Assembly (NCBI GenBank): GCA_043228905.1
Contig: JBHGNT010000139.1
Coordinates: forward strand, 4,429 to 68,428
From: Azolla caroliniana
Taxonomy: Eukaryota > Plantae > Polypodiophyta
Length of the DNA stretch: 64,000 bases
Reading direction: 5' to 3'
The notes beneath the pieces were generated by a model, which was given only the letters and a program-made list of their open reading frames with translations, was not told where the DNA came from and did not search any database. Positions 1 through 13,593 of the stretch are shown in pieces (within the stretch, counting starts at the first letter, position 1; every line of letters starts with the position of its first letter). Made by a program: the position numbers and the translations under genes.

Positions 1-3000
1 AAGGAACGTTGCCCGTAGAGCGTTTCTTCCCCTCAGGTCTGGAATGGGACAGCCTGTTGGGTCTATGCACGTCCCTGATCAGCCCGTAAGTCGATTCTTC
101 TCTCTCTCGATTTCCTTGTTTGCCGTTTCTTCTCTTTCTTTCGGTTGATTCCTTGAAATTCAGGTAAATAAATGAAATTGTTTTCTTCTGTGTCTGCGTC
201 CTCTGATTCGTTGGAAATTAGGTCAAGGATCTCTCGTTGGTTCCACAGTATGTCGAATGACGCCCTCTTTTCTGTGTCCATGCATTCCTCAAAATCATGT
301 CAATGAACGGGTTTTACCTTTTTCGTGCTCTCTAATTTATTCAAAAGTAGGGGTAAGGAGTACCTAATTTTTGGAACTTCAGTGAAAGAATGATAGTATT
401 TTTGTTTTGTTCCTGTCTATTGATGAATATGTAATTTTTTCCCTTGTCTATATATGTCGAGTTCTTGAAATTTAAGTCAAAGGAAAATCTGAGATTTTCT
501 CTATTTCTGGCTATTGATTTCATTAAAATTAGGTCAAATATGCCCTATGTTTTCTTGGATCATGTGACATACATGTCATGTAAAATGCTACATATGTCTG
601 TTGTAGGAATTGTTTCTTAATTGTTTGATGCAGTGGAAATTTAAATCTTGATTCATGGATTGAATATGTAGCTTCCTGAAGAAGATGAGCTGGTTTGGGA
701 TGATGGAAGTGCATATCCCGAAACTTGTTTGGATCAAGTTGCTCCCATGGTTGGAAAGGTATTCTCCTTTCTTATCATTTGATTGCTTAAGATGATGTCA
801 TTTGAACATCTAGGTAGAGCAACTCATTACATTATATGGAACTTTATCTTCATCTTTGGTTGCCATGTTAACTATATAGAGTTTAAACGGATGCTATACC
901 TAGATATTGTGTTTCTCTTTCGTTATGGAATTTTACATGCTAGACTTGAATCTCTTGAGCAGGATACTTTGTGTGTTGCTAATACATGGTTTTGAAGCAT
1001 GTCAAAGTGAAAACGTAATATTTTAAAAGTGGGAATCCCAAGTTTTATTTTTATTTTGTACACCCTTGAGGTGCACAAGCTACAGCATCTGTGTATTAAT
1101 ATGACTTATGTATCATTTGTTCCTACAGTGTTATTAGAAGTCTTTTCAGTCCATGCCAAGGCCTTCCATTATGGGAGACATAGCAATATAATATCCATCC
1201 TTGTTTATCAAATTTAACAGAAAGATACACCCATAATGTGTAATGTTGCACAATGCATGCCTGAAACCATTGTGTTTCTAGAATTCTATGAAAAAATAAT
1301 TAGGACATCCACTAGGCCAAAATTAGAGTTTCTACCACTCAGACTTTTTGGAAATGCATCAATAATTTCGACAGCAATCTATATTCTTTTGTTTTTGGTT
1401 TTAAGGTTGAGGCTAAGTATGCATTACAATACCTTCAAAAAATTGAAGAATACTTGCCATGTGAGGTAAGATTGTACTTAGTTGTAAGAGAATGATAGAG
1501 AAAAAGTCAGAATTCAATATTCTGAATGTATTTCTTGTCATCTCTACTTCCATATGTTCCAGTACATCATGGATTTCTTGCAATTTCTTGCTCATTCAGT
1601 CCGGTGATTAGCAAATCATCAACATAAAGCACAAAAATTAGTAAATTTTCTCCACCCTTTTGGACATAGAGAGTACTTTCTGTTGGGCTGTTCACAAAAC
1701 CAAGTTGAAGAAGATGAGCATGGATCTTTGCATTCCACGCTCAGGTACTCGAATCAAGCCATACAAAGCTTTAAATATCTTGCAAACTTTAGTTTCTGCA
1801 CCTTTAATGACAAAACCGGGAGGTTGAGCTAGATAAACCTCTTCTTCTAAATCTCCATTTAAGAAGGCAGTTTCAATGTCCAATTGGTGAACCTTCCATC
1901 CTTTATTTGCAGCTGTAGCAACTGTAGCTCTGATTGTAGTCATCCTTGAAGTGGGGGTGAAGGTTTCTTTATAGTCTATCCCCTCTTTTTAGGAACAACC
2001 TTTTGCTACAAGTCTTGCTTTAAAACGATGAAGGCTACCATTCACATTGTGCTTGACTTTGTAAATCCACTTGGTAGCATTAGCTTTTCTACCTTTAGCT
2101 AGATCACATAACTCCCCAGTGTTGTTCTTATATATGGACACAAGTTCTGATTTAATGGTGTCAACCCAATGGTCATGTTCTAATGCATCCTCTAGAGAGA
2201 GTGATTCCTCATCACAAATTTCAGTGATAAGAGCATTATGCACATAATGCAGTTCAGCTCGCTGATTGGTTGACCGGGTTTTACCTTGAAGAGGAAATGT
2301 GAGCTTACTGTCCATAAGGGTGTTAATCAGCCATTTAGGGACTGTTCTGGCTTGCTTAGAAGAGGCTTATTCTTCCTCTAATTCCGTGTCAACATCATGT
2401 TGATTAATGGCTTGTAAATCAGCATTATTATCAACAATGTTTGGTTGCTCATTTATAACCACATTGGACCGTTGCTGGAGATCAATTTGAGCATTGTTTG
2501 GCTGCTTTACATCTCTGTTTGGAGCATGCTGTTGCTGTTGTAAAACCTGCGCATTACCTCCATGAGATTGGACTAGTTTATCACCTTCAAACACAATTTT
2601 GGAGCAATGGTAACAAAGTATCAAATGCATTTGGTTGATCAAGATTTGGCTCTTTGGAGCAATCCTGAAGTGGTTGAGCTTCATTTTCAGCAAATATCAC
2701 ATCCTGGCTGATGATGATCTTATTGGTAGTGGGCTGAAACAACCGATAACCCTTGCTTTCCTTGCTGTAGCCAACAAAAAGGCATTTTGTTGCCTTGTCT
2801 TTGTTATCTGTGGGACAAAAGGCACGAGGTGTGAAACGAATCTTAACAAGGAGACGAGTAGGTCAGTATGAAAAGGAGAATCGACCCGAGCACTGGCAAC
2901 CGATGAAGGAGAAACGGAATACAAACAGCCGGGAATAAAGGCCAAGAATCAAGAGGGAGTAGTTGAAGTGCGCCAGGGAGAGAATAGGATATATATAAAT

Positions 3001-5677
3001 TGATTGAGCAATAGAAGAAGGACAAGGGGAGAATATAGATATATGTATGCTATATAGGGAGAAAGTAACCGATATATAGTTGGCCTGTATTGTCTTTGTA
3101 ACCGATATATGCAATAATCAATACAAATACTTTTGGGGTCACCTCTGTGTCTGTTTCATCTTAATCTTTACTTTTGATTCTATTATTTAGAAGTTGTAAG
3201 TGCAAATCAATCTTAATCGTCTATCGTGTAACTGTTCGGCCCTACTGAGTCCTATATTAAGTCCCCTACGCAACCACGATTCCTTGACCCGATTACTCAA
3301 GGGAGTAATAAAATGTTTATTCCCAAGAAGGAGATAACAATCTTGTAAGGCGCTGCTGTGGTGGCACAAAGGCATTAGCCAAGCTTCCAAATATTCTCAT
3401 GTGGCCAATATTTGTCTTGTGACCATTCCTAGTGTCATATGGAGTGATAGTTAAGTGATTAAGTGGGGCATCTAATTAAAACATGGTTTGCACACATTAC
3501 AGCTTCCAACCAAAACTTGTGAGGTAGGTTCTTACCTTTGAGCATCCATTTTGCCATCTCCATGGGAGATCTATTATTTCTCTCAGCCAAACCATTTTGT
3601 TGTGGTGTGTATGGAGTGGTGCATTGATGGATAATACCGCTGTCCTTCAAGAGTGTTGACCTCTTGAGCCATGTACTCATCCCCTCTACCGATGCGAAGA
3701 GTAAGCTTTTATGACCGCTGAGATTTTCAGCAAGGTGTAAGAATTCTCTGAAGTATGAAAAAACATTGAATTTCTCCTTCAAAGGATATACCCAAGTGTG
3801 TTGGGTAACATCATCAATGAATGTAAAAAAATAAAGATAACCTCCAATTGATGGTGTCCGCATTGGGCTGCATACATAACTATGTACAAGTTGAAGCCTG
3901 TGTGTTGCCAAAACATTTGCAGATTTTGGTAATGAAAATCTTTACATCTTTCCTGGAATACAGCCCTTACAAACATGATTAGATGCAGAAGGAAGATTGC
4001 ATACCATATCATGATTACTAAGCCTTGCAAGGCTGCTGAAATTTAAATGGCCGAACCGAGCATGCCATAGTTTGGAATTGGTTTGTGTTTGGGCATCCAC
4101 CGTGAATGCATTTTGGTCATCAAATTTCGGATATATGTCAAGCTTGTAAAGGTTGTTGAACAAACTACCTGTTATGACAGTGATATTGCCCTTTGTACAA
4201 TCATGTACTGTGCAAATGGACATGATATCCATGCAGCGCAATGATAGAAACTAAAAGGTTTTTCTTAATGCTAGGGACATAGAAAACATTGTTCAAGGTA
4301 ACTACATCCCCATTGACAGCTGTAATATGAACTTGACCAATGTCTTTGATGATGTAAGAAGTGTTATTGGCACAAGAAACTATGACTACTTTATCACAAG
4401 CATCTTCAAGTGTGACAAATTTTTTTGCAAGAGGTTATGTGCTTAGAAGCACCACTATCAAAATACCAATCATCCTTAGACTCACCGATAAACATGTGTC
4501 ATCCTTTGGGGGATCATACATCATGTATATGGAGAACACTTGCTCATGTTGAGCAATGTGTGCTTCGTCCTTCTTACCAGTAGAGGTGGTAACACTAAGA
4601 GCAACTTGTTTTTTCTTCTCTTAACTAGCTTTCCTCTTTTGACATTCACTAATGTCGTGGCCTGGTTTACAGCAGTAATTGCACCTTATTTTGTTTTTGT
4701 CCTTATTGGCCTTTGAACTTGGAAGAGGTAACAAAAGCTTGATCACCAGTATGACGAACATCTTGATTTGGTCGAGATTGAGATTCCTGTAAGAGAAGGG
4801 AGATTAGCTCATCAAAGCTGAACCTCCCTTTACCTCTTGTAAGAAGCCTTATTGTAGTGGCAAAGCCTTGATATGAATATGGAAGAGCTGCAAGAACTTT
4901 AGAAACTAATTGCTTGTCTGAAATCACTTCATCAATGTTGAGTAATTGTTCCTTGAGGTCTGTAATCTTTGTCCAAAAGTATCCATCGAATCACCTTACA
5001 TCTTTGACTCTTCAAGTTGCTGCTTGAGCATAGCAAATCTTACTTCATTCCTTTGAGCCTATAAGGGTCTTTAACACATTCCAAGCACTTATTGGAGGTG
5101 GTACAAGATCTTTTGGAGGTTTGAAGTATTTCAATGCACTGTACAAAAAGTTCCTAAAATCTTATAAATTATTAATCCTTGTCATCAAAACACCAACATT
5201 CTCACCTTATGTCAACTGGTTCTCAAGGTTTCGAACTTGGATTTGATTCCACATCTCATATTTTAATATCAGAGTTCACCACTGACAAATATTCAAGAAT
5301 TAAACACTGTTAGTCTTTATGACAGCTCAGTCTAGAAAGTGGAATTTTTATTACTCTTCTTGATTGTTTTTGGTATTAATCTGAATACTCATTATCCTCC
5401 CATATTGAAATATCTTAGCACTTTTCACATGCAGTATGAAGCATTAGCATGGCTATGTGGTGGATTGAGTATTTATGGACTCGTCGGACTTTTGGCAGTC
5501 TGGAATGACAAGCCTTCAAAGATGCCTTACGTATGTATACTATTCTATGATCATGCGTTTATCATCAATATTCAAGGTAAGCGTATTAATTCAGTGGTTC
5601 TTGTTTGATTGGTTTTGCAGGCTCCAAAGGAGTTTCCCTACGATAACCTTCGAGTTGAGCTTGGTGGAGAACCCTGA
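1..5677 (+). CDS. NDUFB8: NADH dehydrogenase (ubiquinone) 1 beta subcomplex subunit 8, mitochondrial; 5'-partial; exons <1-85, 672-758, 5435-5530, 5621-5677
   Basis: Manual splicing at GT..AG sites gives ...RSGMGQPVGSMHVPDQP/LPEEDELVWDDGSAYPETCLDQVAPMVGK/YEALAWLCGGLSIYGLVGLLAVWNDKPSKMPY/APKEFPYDNLRVELGGEP*. This matches plant NDUFB8, including the C-terminal PYDNLRVELGGEP. Confidence 0.93.
1480..5090 (-). mobile_element. Degenerate Ty1/copia retrotransposon internal region inside NDUFB8 intron 2 (ends approximate)
   Basis: Minus-strand fragments in copia order: gag (VSKVLAALPYSY, ~4700-5050), GAG-pre-integrase (LWHARFGHLNF), integrase (TPYTPQQNGLAER), RT (RFKARLVAKG, HQLDIETAFLNGDLEEEVY, LYVDDLLITG at ~1600-1630). 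Many stops and frameshifts; no LTRs recognised. Confidence 0.9.
2802..3339. mobile_element. Solo LTR (538 bp) inserted into the post-integrase region of the intronic copia
   Basis: Ends TGTTATCT...AGATAACA (8-bp terminal inverted repeat), flanked by GTCTT/ATCTT (5-bp TSD, 1 mismatch). It splits copia coding between HMRIFGSLANAFVP and DKATKCLFVGYS. Confidence 0.75.
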
Positions 5678-6479
5678 ATCATTATAAGAAATTGTGCTGT
5701 AGTGTTCAAGGAGCTTCAGGATGCTATCAATAAAAGCATTTGGTGTTTGATAATGTCATTGTTGACAGTAAATTTTTGTAATTTCAGAACTTTAATGCCG
5801 TAGTTGATAATAATTCTTTTTAGTAATTTCAGAACTTTTTTTGGGCCCAATGTGGCTTTTGCTACTTTGTTGCATGAATCCTGGGCTTAATGTATACTCA
5901 CTTTAAGTGTATTAGTACAGTTTGAATGCAGTATGCACATATACATGATGAGATGTTCATGAACGAAACAGTTCGAAGTAGAATAAATTGAAAGCAATAT
6001 GGCAATTACTAAAAGCTTTTTTACTGTATTTGTCATGACCCATTACTTTTACAAAGTTGAACATGTTTGTAGCTTAATAACCCCCTAGTTCAACTTTGAT
6101 GGATTCAATTTTTGTGATGGAATTAAAGTGATATTTCTATTTTATCCATTGCCAGACCGTCAGATTTATTCTGTTATCTCTATTTTTGGGGTCTCTTTTG
6201 TAGCTCATGAGTACAAATAAGATAAGAATGTTATAGGTTGTAAGAAAGGTAATATAGAAAAATGTAAGAAAACAATGTATTAGAGATGCATATAAGCAAT
6301 TGTATTCAGTGTGGGACAAATGAAATAATTGGTCATGTCAAGAAGAGATAAAGTGTTGTATTGATATGACAAATCTTGTAGAAAATAATGATTATCATGG
6401 TCACTGTCAAATTAATGGATGGGAGAGGCCTTTGCATTGAATGAAGTGCACACCTAAGATATTCCACTCACCCTTTCAT

Positions 6480-6945
6480 TGTGCTCAAGCGCACCAAGCA
6501 CCCTCAAGTGAAGGACATGAGACAAACCAAAACTCCCATTGGTGTTCCATACCATTAATTATTGCCTTATGTTATGCTTAGGTAATACTTAGGTAGTTGA
6601 ATAACAAGTTTGAAGAAGAGAGCTTAGCCTCACCAATAAAGTCTTGTCAATGTCCTAATTATGTCGTGATGAAGAGGGTAGCTAGTCCTCTTCATATAGT
6701 TGGGAAACCAACTATCCTAGGAACTAGAACAAGCCCACAGGGACCTATAACACTAGCTACCCCCTTCATTAAGGCATCGTGAAACGTTGTCAAGACTATT
6801 GGTGAGGTCAAGCTCTCTTCTTTGGATTTATTAGTCAACAACAACGGTGGGGCATAAGGTAATAATTAATGGTATGGGACACTAATATTACTTTATGTTT
6901 GTCTCATGTCCTTCACTCGAGGATGCTCGGTGTAGTTAGGCACCC
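6480..6945. mobile_element. Fold-back MITE, probably PIF/Harbinger (Tourist-like)
   Basis: 6480-6690 is an imperfect reverse complement of 6750-6945 (e.g. GTGAAGGACATGAGACAAAC / GTTTGTCTCATGTCCTTCAC; CCATACCATTAATTATT / AATAATTAATGGTATGG). The right end GCACCC is followed by TTA. Confidence 0.7.
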
Positions 6946-7989
6946 TTATTCCTTTCTTCTTAATCTCTTATTCTTTTGCTCATCATTAGTTCGATACAAT
7001 CACAAGGGGCTCAATGTTTAGCAAGACAAAGATGTTGTGTTTAATGCTAACTTAATGTCATGTTTCCACAACACTATGCCTTGGTTCTTTAGTAGTGATT
7101 TAGAGTAGGGTTTGGATATTTTCAAGTAAAAAGCTAATGAAAGCCTAGACAAATCCCACCCTCCCTCTTTTTAAATACCTTCTCAATATGTGGATGGCAC
7201 AAGTTGTTACATTCATGACCATGAACTATAGGATCAACCTCATCATTTGGCCATTGTTTATGCTTCAAAACCTGTTTTGAAGAATGTTGCTAATACATGG
7301 GATAAACAATTGTGTGTGTGTTTTATAAGTATGAAATAGACTCATGCAATAGAGTAGATGTGGAAGTGGGTGGTGAGTGAATGAGGTTAGCTTTGCCAAT
7401 ATGTGAACAAGGCAGGTTGCATGTATGGTAACACTCAAGTAGTTATGCTATCAACACAAGGTCATTCGTGGCTTCAAATCCTTAGTTTCATAGCATCCTT
7501 ATTACATTGTACAACACTTCTCCTAAACTACGCAACACAACAATGTATCAGATTAAGGCTTCACGATCTCAAATAGTGGACATAACCATCTTGACTACAA
7601 CTATACATAATGACTTTATGATCTCGACAATGGCTTTGCAAAATGACCTCACGATCTCAGAACTTTATTGACGTAAACATCTCGACTATAGCTCTACATT
7701 ACTTCTGCTAAAACTACACGCCACATCAATGCATCGAAGTACTGACGACAAGGTACACGATCCAAAAACCGGTTAGTTTTGATGGTAAGGGTATGATGTA
7801 TCTATCTTGCTTTTCTTGAATTTCTGGTCTCAAAGAAGGTAGTGTAAAGAAATAGCCTTATTTTGGAGCTCAGAACATACCCTTTATAGAAAATAGCACA
7901 CACAGATGACTAGAACACATCAATATATATACATATGAATATCTATATAAATATGTTGTTCTGACACGATTCTTCCCCTGTGTCAGAGA

Positions 7990-10900
7990 ATGGCCAGAAG
8001 CACAGGTACCTTGGTATTGCATACATGTCTATCCATTTCTTTATTTCTTCATTGGATCTTTCTCTGCTTTTTCCTCTCTTTTTTTAATCCTTGCTCTGTT
8101 TCTCCCCTCAACCCGAAATTTGGACGTCAATGAATTTTTCCGCAGATATTGGAGTCCAAGAAATCGAACTTGAAACTCTGGCAGAATATGGAGATCAATC
8201 ATCTACACAGGTTCGATTTTTATGTGTTAATATTTTTATTTTAGTATTTTATTTACTTCAAAGCACTGCTATTTAAGGATGTGTGAACATGGTTTAACAT
8301 AACAAAGGAGGAAAATGAATACTCACATCCAAATCTGGTTAGCTTTCCTTTCTATTTGAGCCTACGCCGAGGATTCACTTATTTGATTTGGTTCTGATGA
8401 ATTTTATGAAGATGAAACGATTGAATATATGCTAATGCAATGGCATGGATAGAAGATATCATTTTTATTAGCCTGTACCCAGTGACTTCACATAAAAATG
8501 TTTATAATTGTGATTTGATGATGGGGTTTTTGCTCTCTCAAAGCATTTTTTCTAATAGATCAAGGGCTTTTATAATGGTTGTGTATGTCTATATGCATGT
8601 GGATTTCTATATTTCTACCCATTCATCCATATGCGTTTACATGGAGATAAGTGCCTGCAGGCATATAAACAGCAATCTGAAATTAAGAAACCCAAGTAAT
8701 CCTACTATTGATAAGATTATACACTCATATTTATGTGTATATATACATATTTATACTGATATCGATGGGTAAACATACCTGTATAGCTGTGTGTATAACA
8801 TATTTACATCCAGACACATTTACACAATGAAAGACCCTGAAAAGTCATGCCTTTCTCATCATCAGAATGGAATATTTGTCCCATGTTCACATTTCAACAA
8901 TCATACAGGAAATCCTTCTTTAGCGAATAAGGTTATTTTATAAACATTTGAAACTATATTGAGTTCTTTGGTGTCAAAACTGGTTGAAAATACTGACACC
9001 TCACAGAATGTTTCTTTAAATATTGCACCCACAACCATGAACACACGCACGCACACACAACTGACCATTGGCTTTTCTAATGCTAGTGGCAAAACCTCAA
9101 TGCAAGGTTCTGGGGTGTGAACCCAGATATACCCTTTTCGCTGAAATTGTCTGAAGAGGCAGCCAGGATTAGAGAAGAGTTGTCAACAAAACTTATCTAA
9201 ATAAAGGATGTAAATCAATATAAAGTGTTTAAGAGCCTCTGGATGGCTTGCCACATAGGCCTATGATGCATGCCAACAGCGTTGCTTCTTTCAAATTCTG
9301 GGAATGTTAAAAGTGTCATTTCCCGTGATAACTATTTCTCCTTATCCATTTCATGTATTTGAATACTTACTTCCATCAGGACTAGCAAGATTGTACCATC
9401 TTGAAATAATACCATGATGAATCCTGAAGGGTACCGCTGAGAGCAAAATTGTCTTTTCCACAGTTCTGAATACTTTCTCCCTTATAAGATTGATGCACAA
9501 AGCTCCAAACATTTGTCCATTTAGAATGGAATTTTAGTAAAAAAAAATACAGATGTTTAAGAAATCAATCCCCCATGCATACACAAGGTCTGTAATCGAA
9601 GCGAACAAAGAACTTTCAAATTGCATTTAGTTTGCCGAAATTTCTCTAGTATTTTTCATGTAAATATCAATATGCTTATGTAACCATGAAATAAGTGTTT
9701 AATATCTCGCACACATGGATGATATTGTAATTTCAGTTATAATACATTGAATAAGAATGAAATATAAAAGTTGAAATGTCTCTTAGAGACCCTTTAGTGT
9801 GGAGACATTATGAATCTTTTATGATGTTTTAGGGAAATCATTCACTTATATGACCCAATCGCTCTCATTAAGATTCTTCTTGCTATTATAGAATATATTT
9901 AAAAGATGGGAATATTCAAAAATAATTTGTAGGGAATGATCTCTCCAACCCACACCTGGATCCCATATAAGCTTTACAAGGGTCTTCTGTCATATGTCCT
10001 ATTAATTAATGTCTTTTTACTGTTTTGAGTTCACTCTGCATGTTTTTCAAGATGTACATTTGAGATGTTCTGATCAGTTTATCCTCAGAGGAAATGAAGA
10101 GGGTTGGGGAAAACTGCAATGAAGAGCGTGATGATGTCATTATCTCTTGAGATATACCCTTCCCTCCTTCTCGCTCCCAGTCATTGTAGTTCGATAACAC
10201 GGCTATTATCCTCTTATTTCTTCCTTTGAATCATTTCGAGAATAGGTGTAATGTAAAATTGTGTCCAACAAAGATATAGTGTTTATGGAGATTATTCTGT
10301 CTTGCAATGCCACAATTTAACCTGAATGTAAAGATAAATACTTATTGAAAATGAGCGAATTGTTTCTGTTAAGCCAATTGATAACTCACAAATACTAACT
10401 TCAAAGTTGACCGGCTGGATATTGGCATCTGGATATTAGAAAATATGCATCGTCAAAGGTAGCATACACACACATTTACTCACTCTATACATCCAATCTC
10501 CTGAATAGACCTAGTTTACTACTGCAGGAAGTATCAATACCAGGCACAAATTTTGAAGAAAATACTGGGGGAATGTTGCAGATAATAAGTCGACTTCCAG
10601 TTATCAGTCAAGCCTCATCACGATTTTCTGAAACAGCATCATCTTTTGGACAGGGACTTGCAAGTCTTCTTGGTAAGGAAATTGTGCTTTTTCCTGCAGT
10701 CTATCAAAATCACTCAGCACTGAAGTTTTCTACTCTATGGAGTAATGATGAGAGTATTGTATTGTTACAGATGAAAATTTAAGTTATAATGATCACTCTA
10801 GAAATCCAACACAAGACGGAAGGAATACATCAATCTCCTCATCTTCTCAGGTTAGAGACTCATTTGCTCCAAGTGTCAGCAATTCAGGCCTCTCCACAGT

Positions 10901-13520
10901 ACAAGATCTCAGGATAGAAAAAGCTGCTGAAATTTTGAATTCAACGGGTATGATGCTGGCAGAATATAAAGAACGTTTTTTTGGCATTAATCCACCTCTT
11001 CTATGGCAAGGGTTAGTTAAATTTCCTTGCAGCACATACACAATGTAGTCATAACCTCAAAATTTGCCATATCTTTTCAAAGCATACAAATAGAGATATC
11101 AGAAGACTTAGCAAGTTCCAGTGTCTGCATCTCCTTGATCCTTAAGATGTCAACATCCCTCAGGATGCTTGCTTGATGGTTTTATCATTTGGAGAGGGGT
11201 ATGTCTAGACAACTTGTTCTTCAATCTCATGTTGAGCAGGATGTTTCCAGCCACTCAATCTCACAGGAGCATATGGTCGTAGCTTGATTAATCTCCGTCA
11301 TTACCAGATGTTGGGTTCATAAAGAATATGCCTGACACACAAGCGTGGTCACAAATCTCTAAATGTTCAATGTGATAAGTACAAAAGGGCCCCTAAGGCG
11401 CCTAATCAATTACAATGTTCTAACGCATGTTGCCTGTAAAAGGATCCTCATGCCCTCTTCATATGCATTTAAGCAGAATTTCCAACTAAGACCTAGGCAA
11501 TAGTGGGTGCAAGCTTCACTTTCGATGCTAAAATTTATCTTTTCATCTTATATACTTTTATTTCCCTCATTTCGTAAGTAATTATTGTTAAACCAGGATG
11601 CTTAATCGCATACAAACTACTTGGAGGGGTTCTATGGATGATGTTGGTTGGCTTCAGAAAATATCTGGATCTGGACATTTAAATGATCAGACTGAGAGAT
11701 TTGAGCAGCTTCTTGACCTAGTATGGTATGTATGGACTCATCTTTTTTGCATTATGAATCTGTTTAGGGATTCTATATGCACATCAACCCTTAGCATTTT
11801 TCGTGCAGCCATGGAGCTCATCTTCTACCAGATAATTTGCTGTATCTTCTAGTACCAGGTTCAGTAGAATTTGGTTTATGCGTAAACTTGAGGGATTTAG
11901 GAACAAATCTTGGTGCTTAAAGAAGATTGTTTTTTTCTGCTTTATTGCAGGCCTTTTTAGCAATTATGGCCCACTTTATTTTACTGAAACCAGAGAATAT
12001 TTCTCAAAACTTGGATTAACATGTCATATAGCAAAAATACATAGTGAGGTAATCATTTTTATTATTCATAAATGTTTATGATTGATTTCTTTTTGTTTTC
12101 CTTGTTTCTACCTTGTTTACACAGTGTAGTTTCCATTATAAACCTCAAATAACTTTGCAGGCTGCTGTTGAAACAAATGCTACAGTATTGAAAAACTATA
12201 TTGAAGAATTGTACTGGGGTTCGGGAAAACAGGTGGCAATTCTCGGACACAGTAAAGGAGGAGTTGATGCAGCTGCAGCAATTGCTATGCACTGGCCAGA
12301 TATGAAAGGAAAAGTTGTTGGACTTGTATTGGTTCAGAGCCCTTACGGTGGAAGTCCAATTGCAGCTGATATTCTTAGAGAAGGGCAGATAGCAGACGTT
12401 CAAACACGGTACCTTATTGAACTACTTATGCAAAAATTAGTCAAGGTAATAATGTCAAATATGTTTACATTTGGTGCCGTTTCTTCACTTTCAGAACTGT
12501 GTAATGGCTGAAATGAATATTAACATCACAAAGAGAGAGAATTAATAGACCTGAGTGCAGAAGCAATAGAAACCCTAAAAAACCAAGGTTACAAACAAGC
12601 ATGCACTAGTTCAATCTTGTTATATTATTTCTGTATGTAATTGTTCATAAGCTTGGATTGTCAAAAAGAAGTGAATTTGTGATTATAAGTTTTAGGACAA
12701 AAGCGTGTGTTGATACGCCAGTGTACATATTCTTAATTAAAACCATGAATGCTTTCTAGTAAGTTTCTACAATGGACTGATCTAATCATGAATGCTTTCT
12801 ACAATGGACTGAACATTAGATCCGTCAATTTAGTCTTGATCCTACAACCGCATGGTTAACCATTTCCGTGATGCCATCATGTTTACATATTTGATTTGTA
12901 ATTGTAGCATTTGATGGACTTAAAAGAAATGCGCTTCACACTGCATAATGTGAAGCTAAATTTTGTATGAAGTTTCTTGTCTTGTTTCTAGTTGATGTTT
13001 TATTAACCTCAGACGAATGGTTTTATGACAGGGTGACATTCAGGCACTTGAAGACTTGACCTATATAAAGAGGCAGCATTTCCTTGCAAAACATTCTTTA
13101 CCCCATGATTTCCCTGTTATTTCTTTTCATACAGAAGTGAGCATTGGTCCTAGTGTTATGTCAATGATGTCTCATATTGCACATGCAGAACTTCCTTGGC
13201 AAGTGTTAAATAGGGGTGCATCATCTGATGATGCAGTTATTCCCACAAAGCTACCAGTGGTAGTACCCCTTCCTGCTGTTATGGCTCTATGTGCAAAACA
13301 TATAGAGTTGAGATACAACCACAAAAGTGATGGACTAGTTGTAAGAGAAGATGCAGAGGCCCCAGGTTCTGTTGTGGTTAGACCCAAGCGGAACCTCGAT
13401 CATGGTTGGATGGTATACTCTCCTTCTCGAAAAGAAACCAATGAGCCTAATGCCCCACAAATGTGTGAAGCACTTCTGGTACTCCTTTTTGAGATCTGTA
13501 AGAAAACAAAAGCTGATTAG
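7990..13520 (+). CDS. Alpha/beta-hydrolase superfamily protein (At2g44970-like, lipase-type GXSXG); exons 7990-8005, 8146-8210, 10528-10672, 10771-11011, 11597-11725, 11809-11858, 11951-12048, 12161-12445, 13032-13520
   Basis: Spliced product contains GSMDDVGWLQ, YLLVPGLFSNYGPLYF, CHIAKIHSE, nucleophile motif ILGHSKGG, QSPYGGSPIAADILREGQ, KSDGLV and LDHGWMVYS. All junctions are GT..AG and phase-consistent. The N-terminal exons (1-4) are less certain. Confidence 0.88.
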
Positions 13521-13562
13521 CTTCTAAGTCCATCTATGGTGGTGGTATACATTTGTATCATT

Positions 13563-13593
<31 letters not shown>

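Noticed and set aside
7520-7740. Degenerate short repeats (CACGATCTC / ATCTCGAC) upstream of the hydrolase gene
   Set aside because: Too diverged to define a unit, termini or TSD.
8820-9120. Coding-like stretch inside hydrolase intron 2
   Set aside because: It contains an in-frame stop, has no recognisable homology and is not needed for a phase-consistent gene model.
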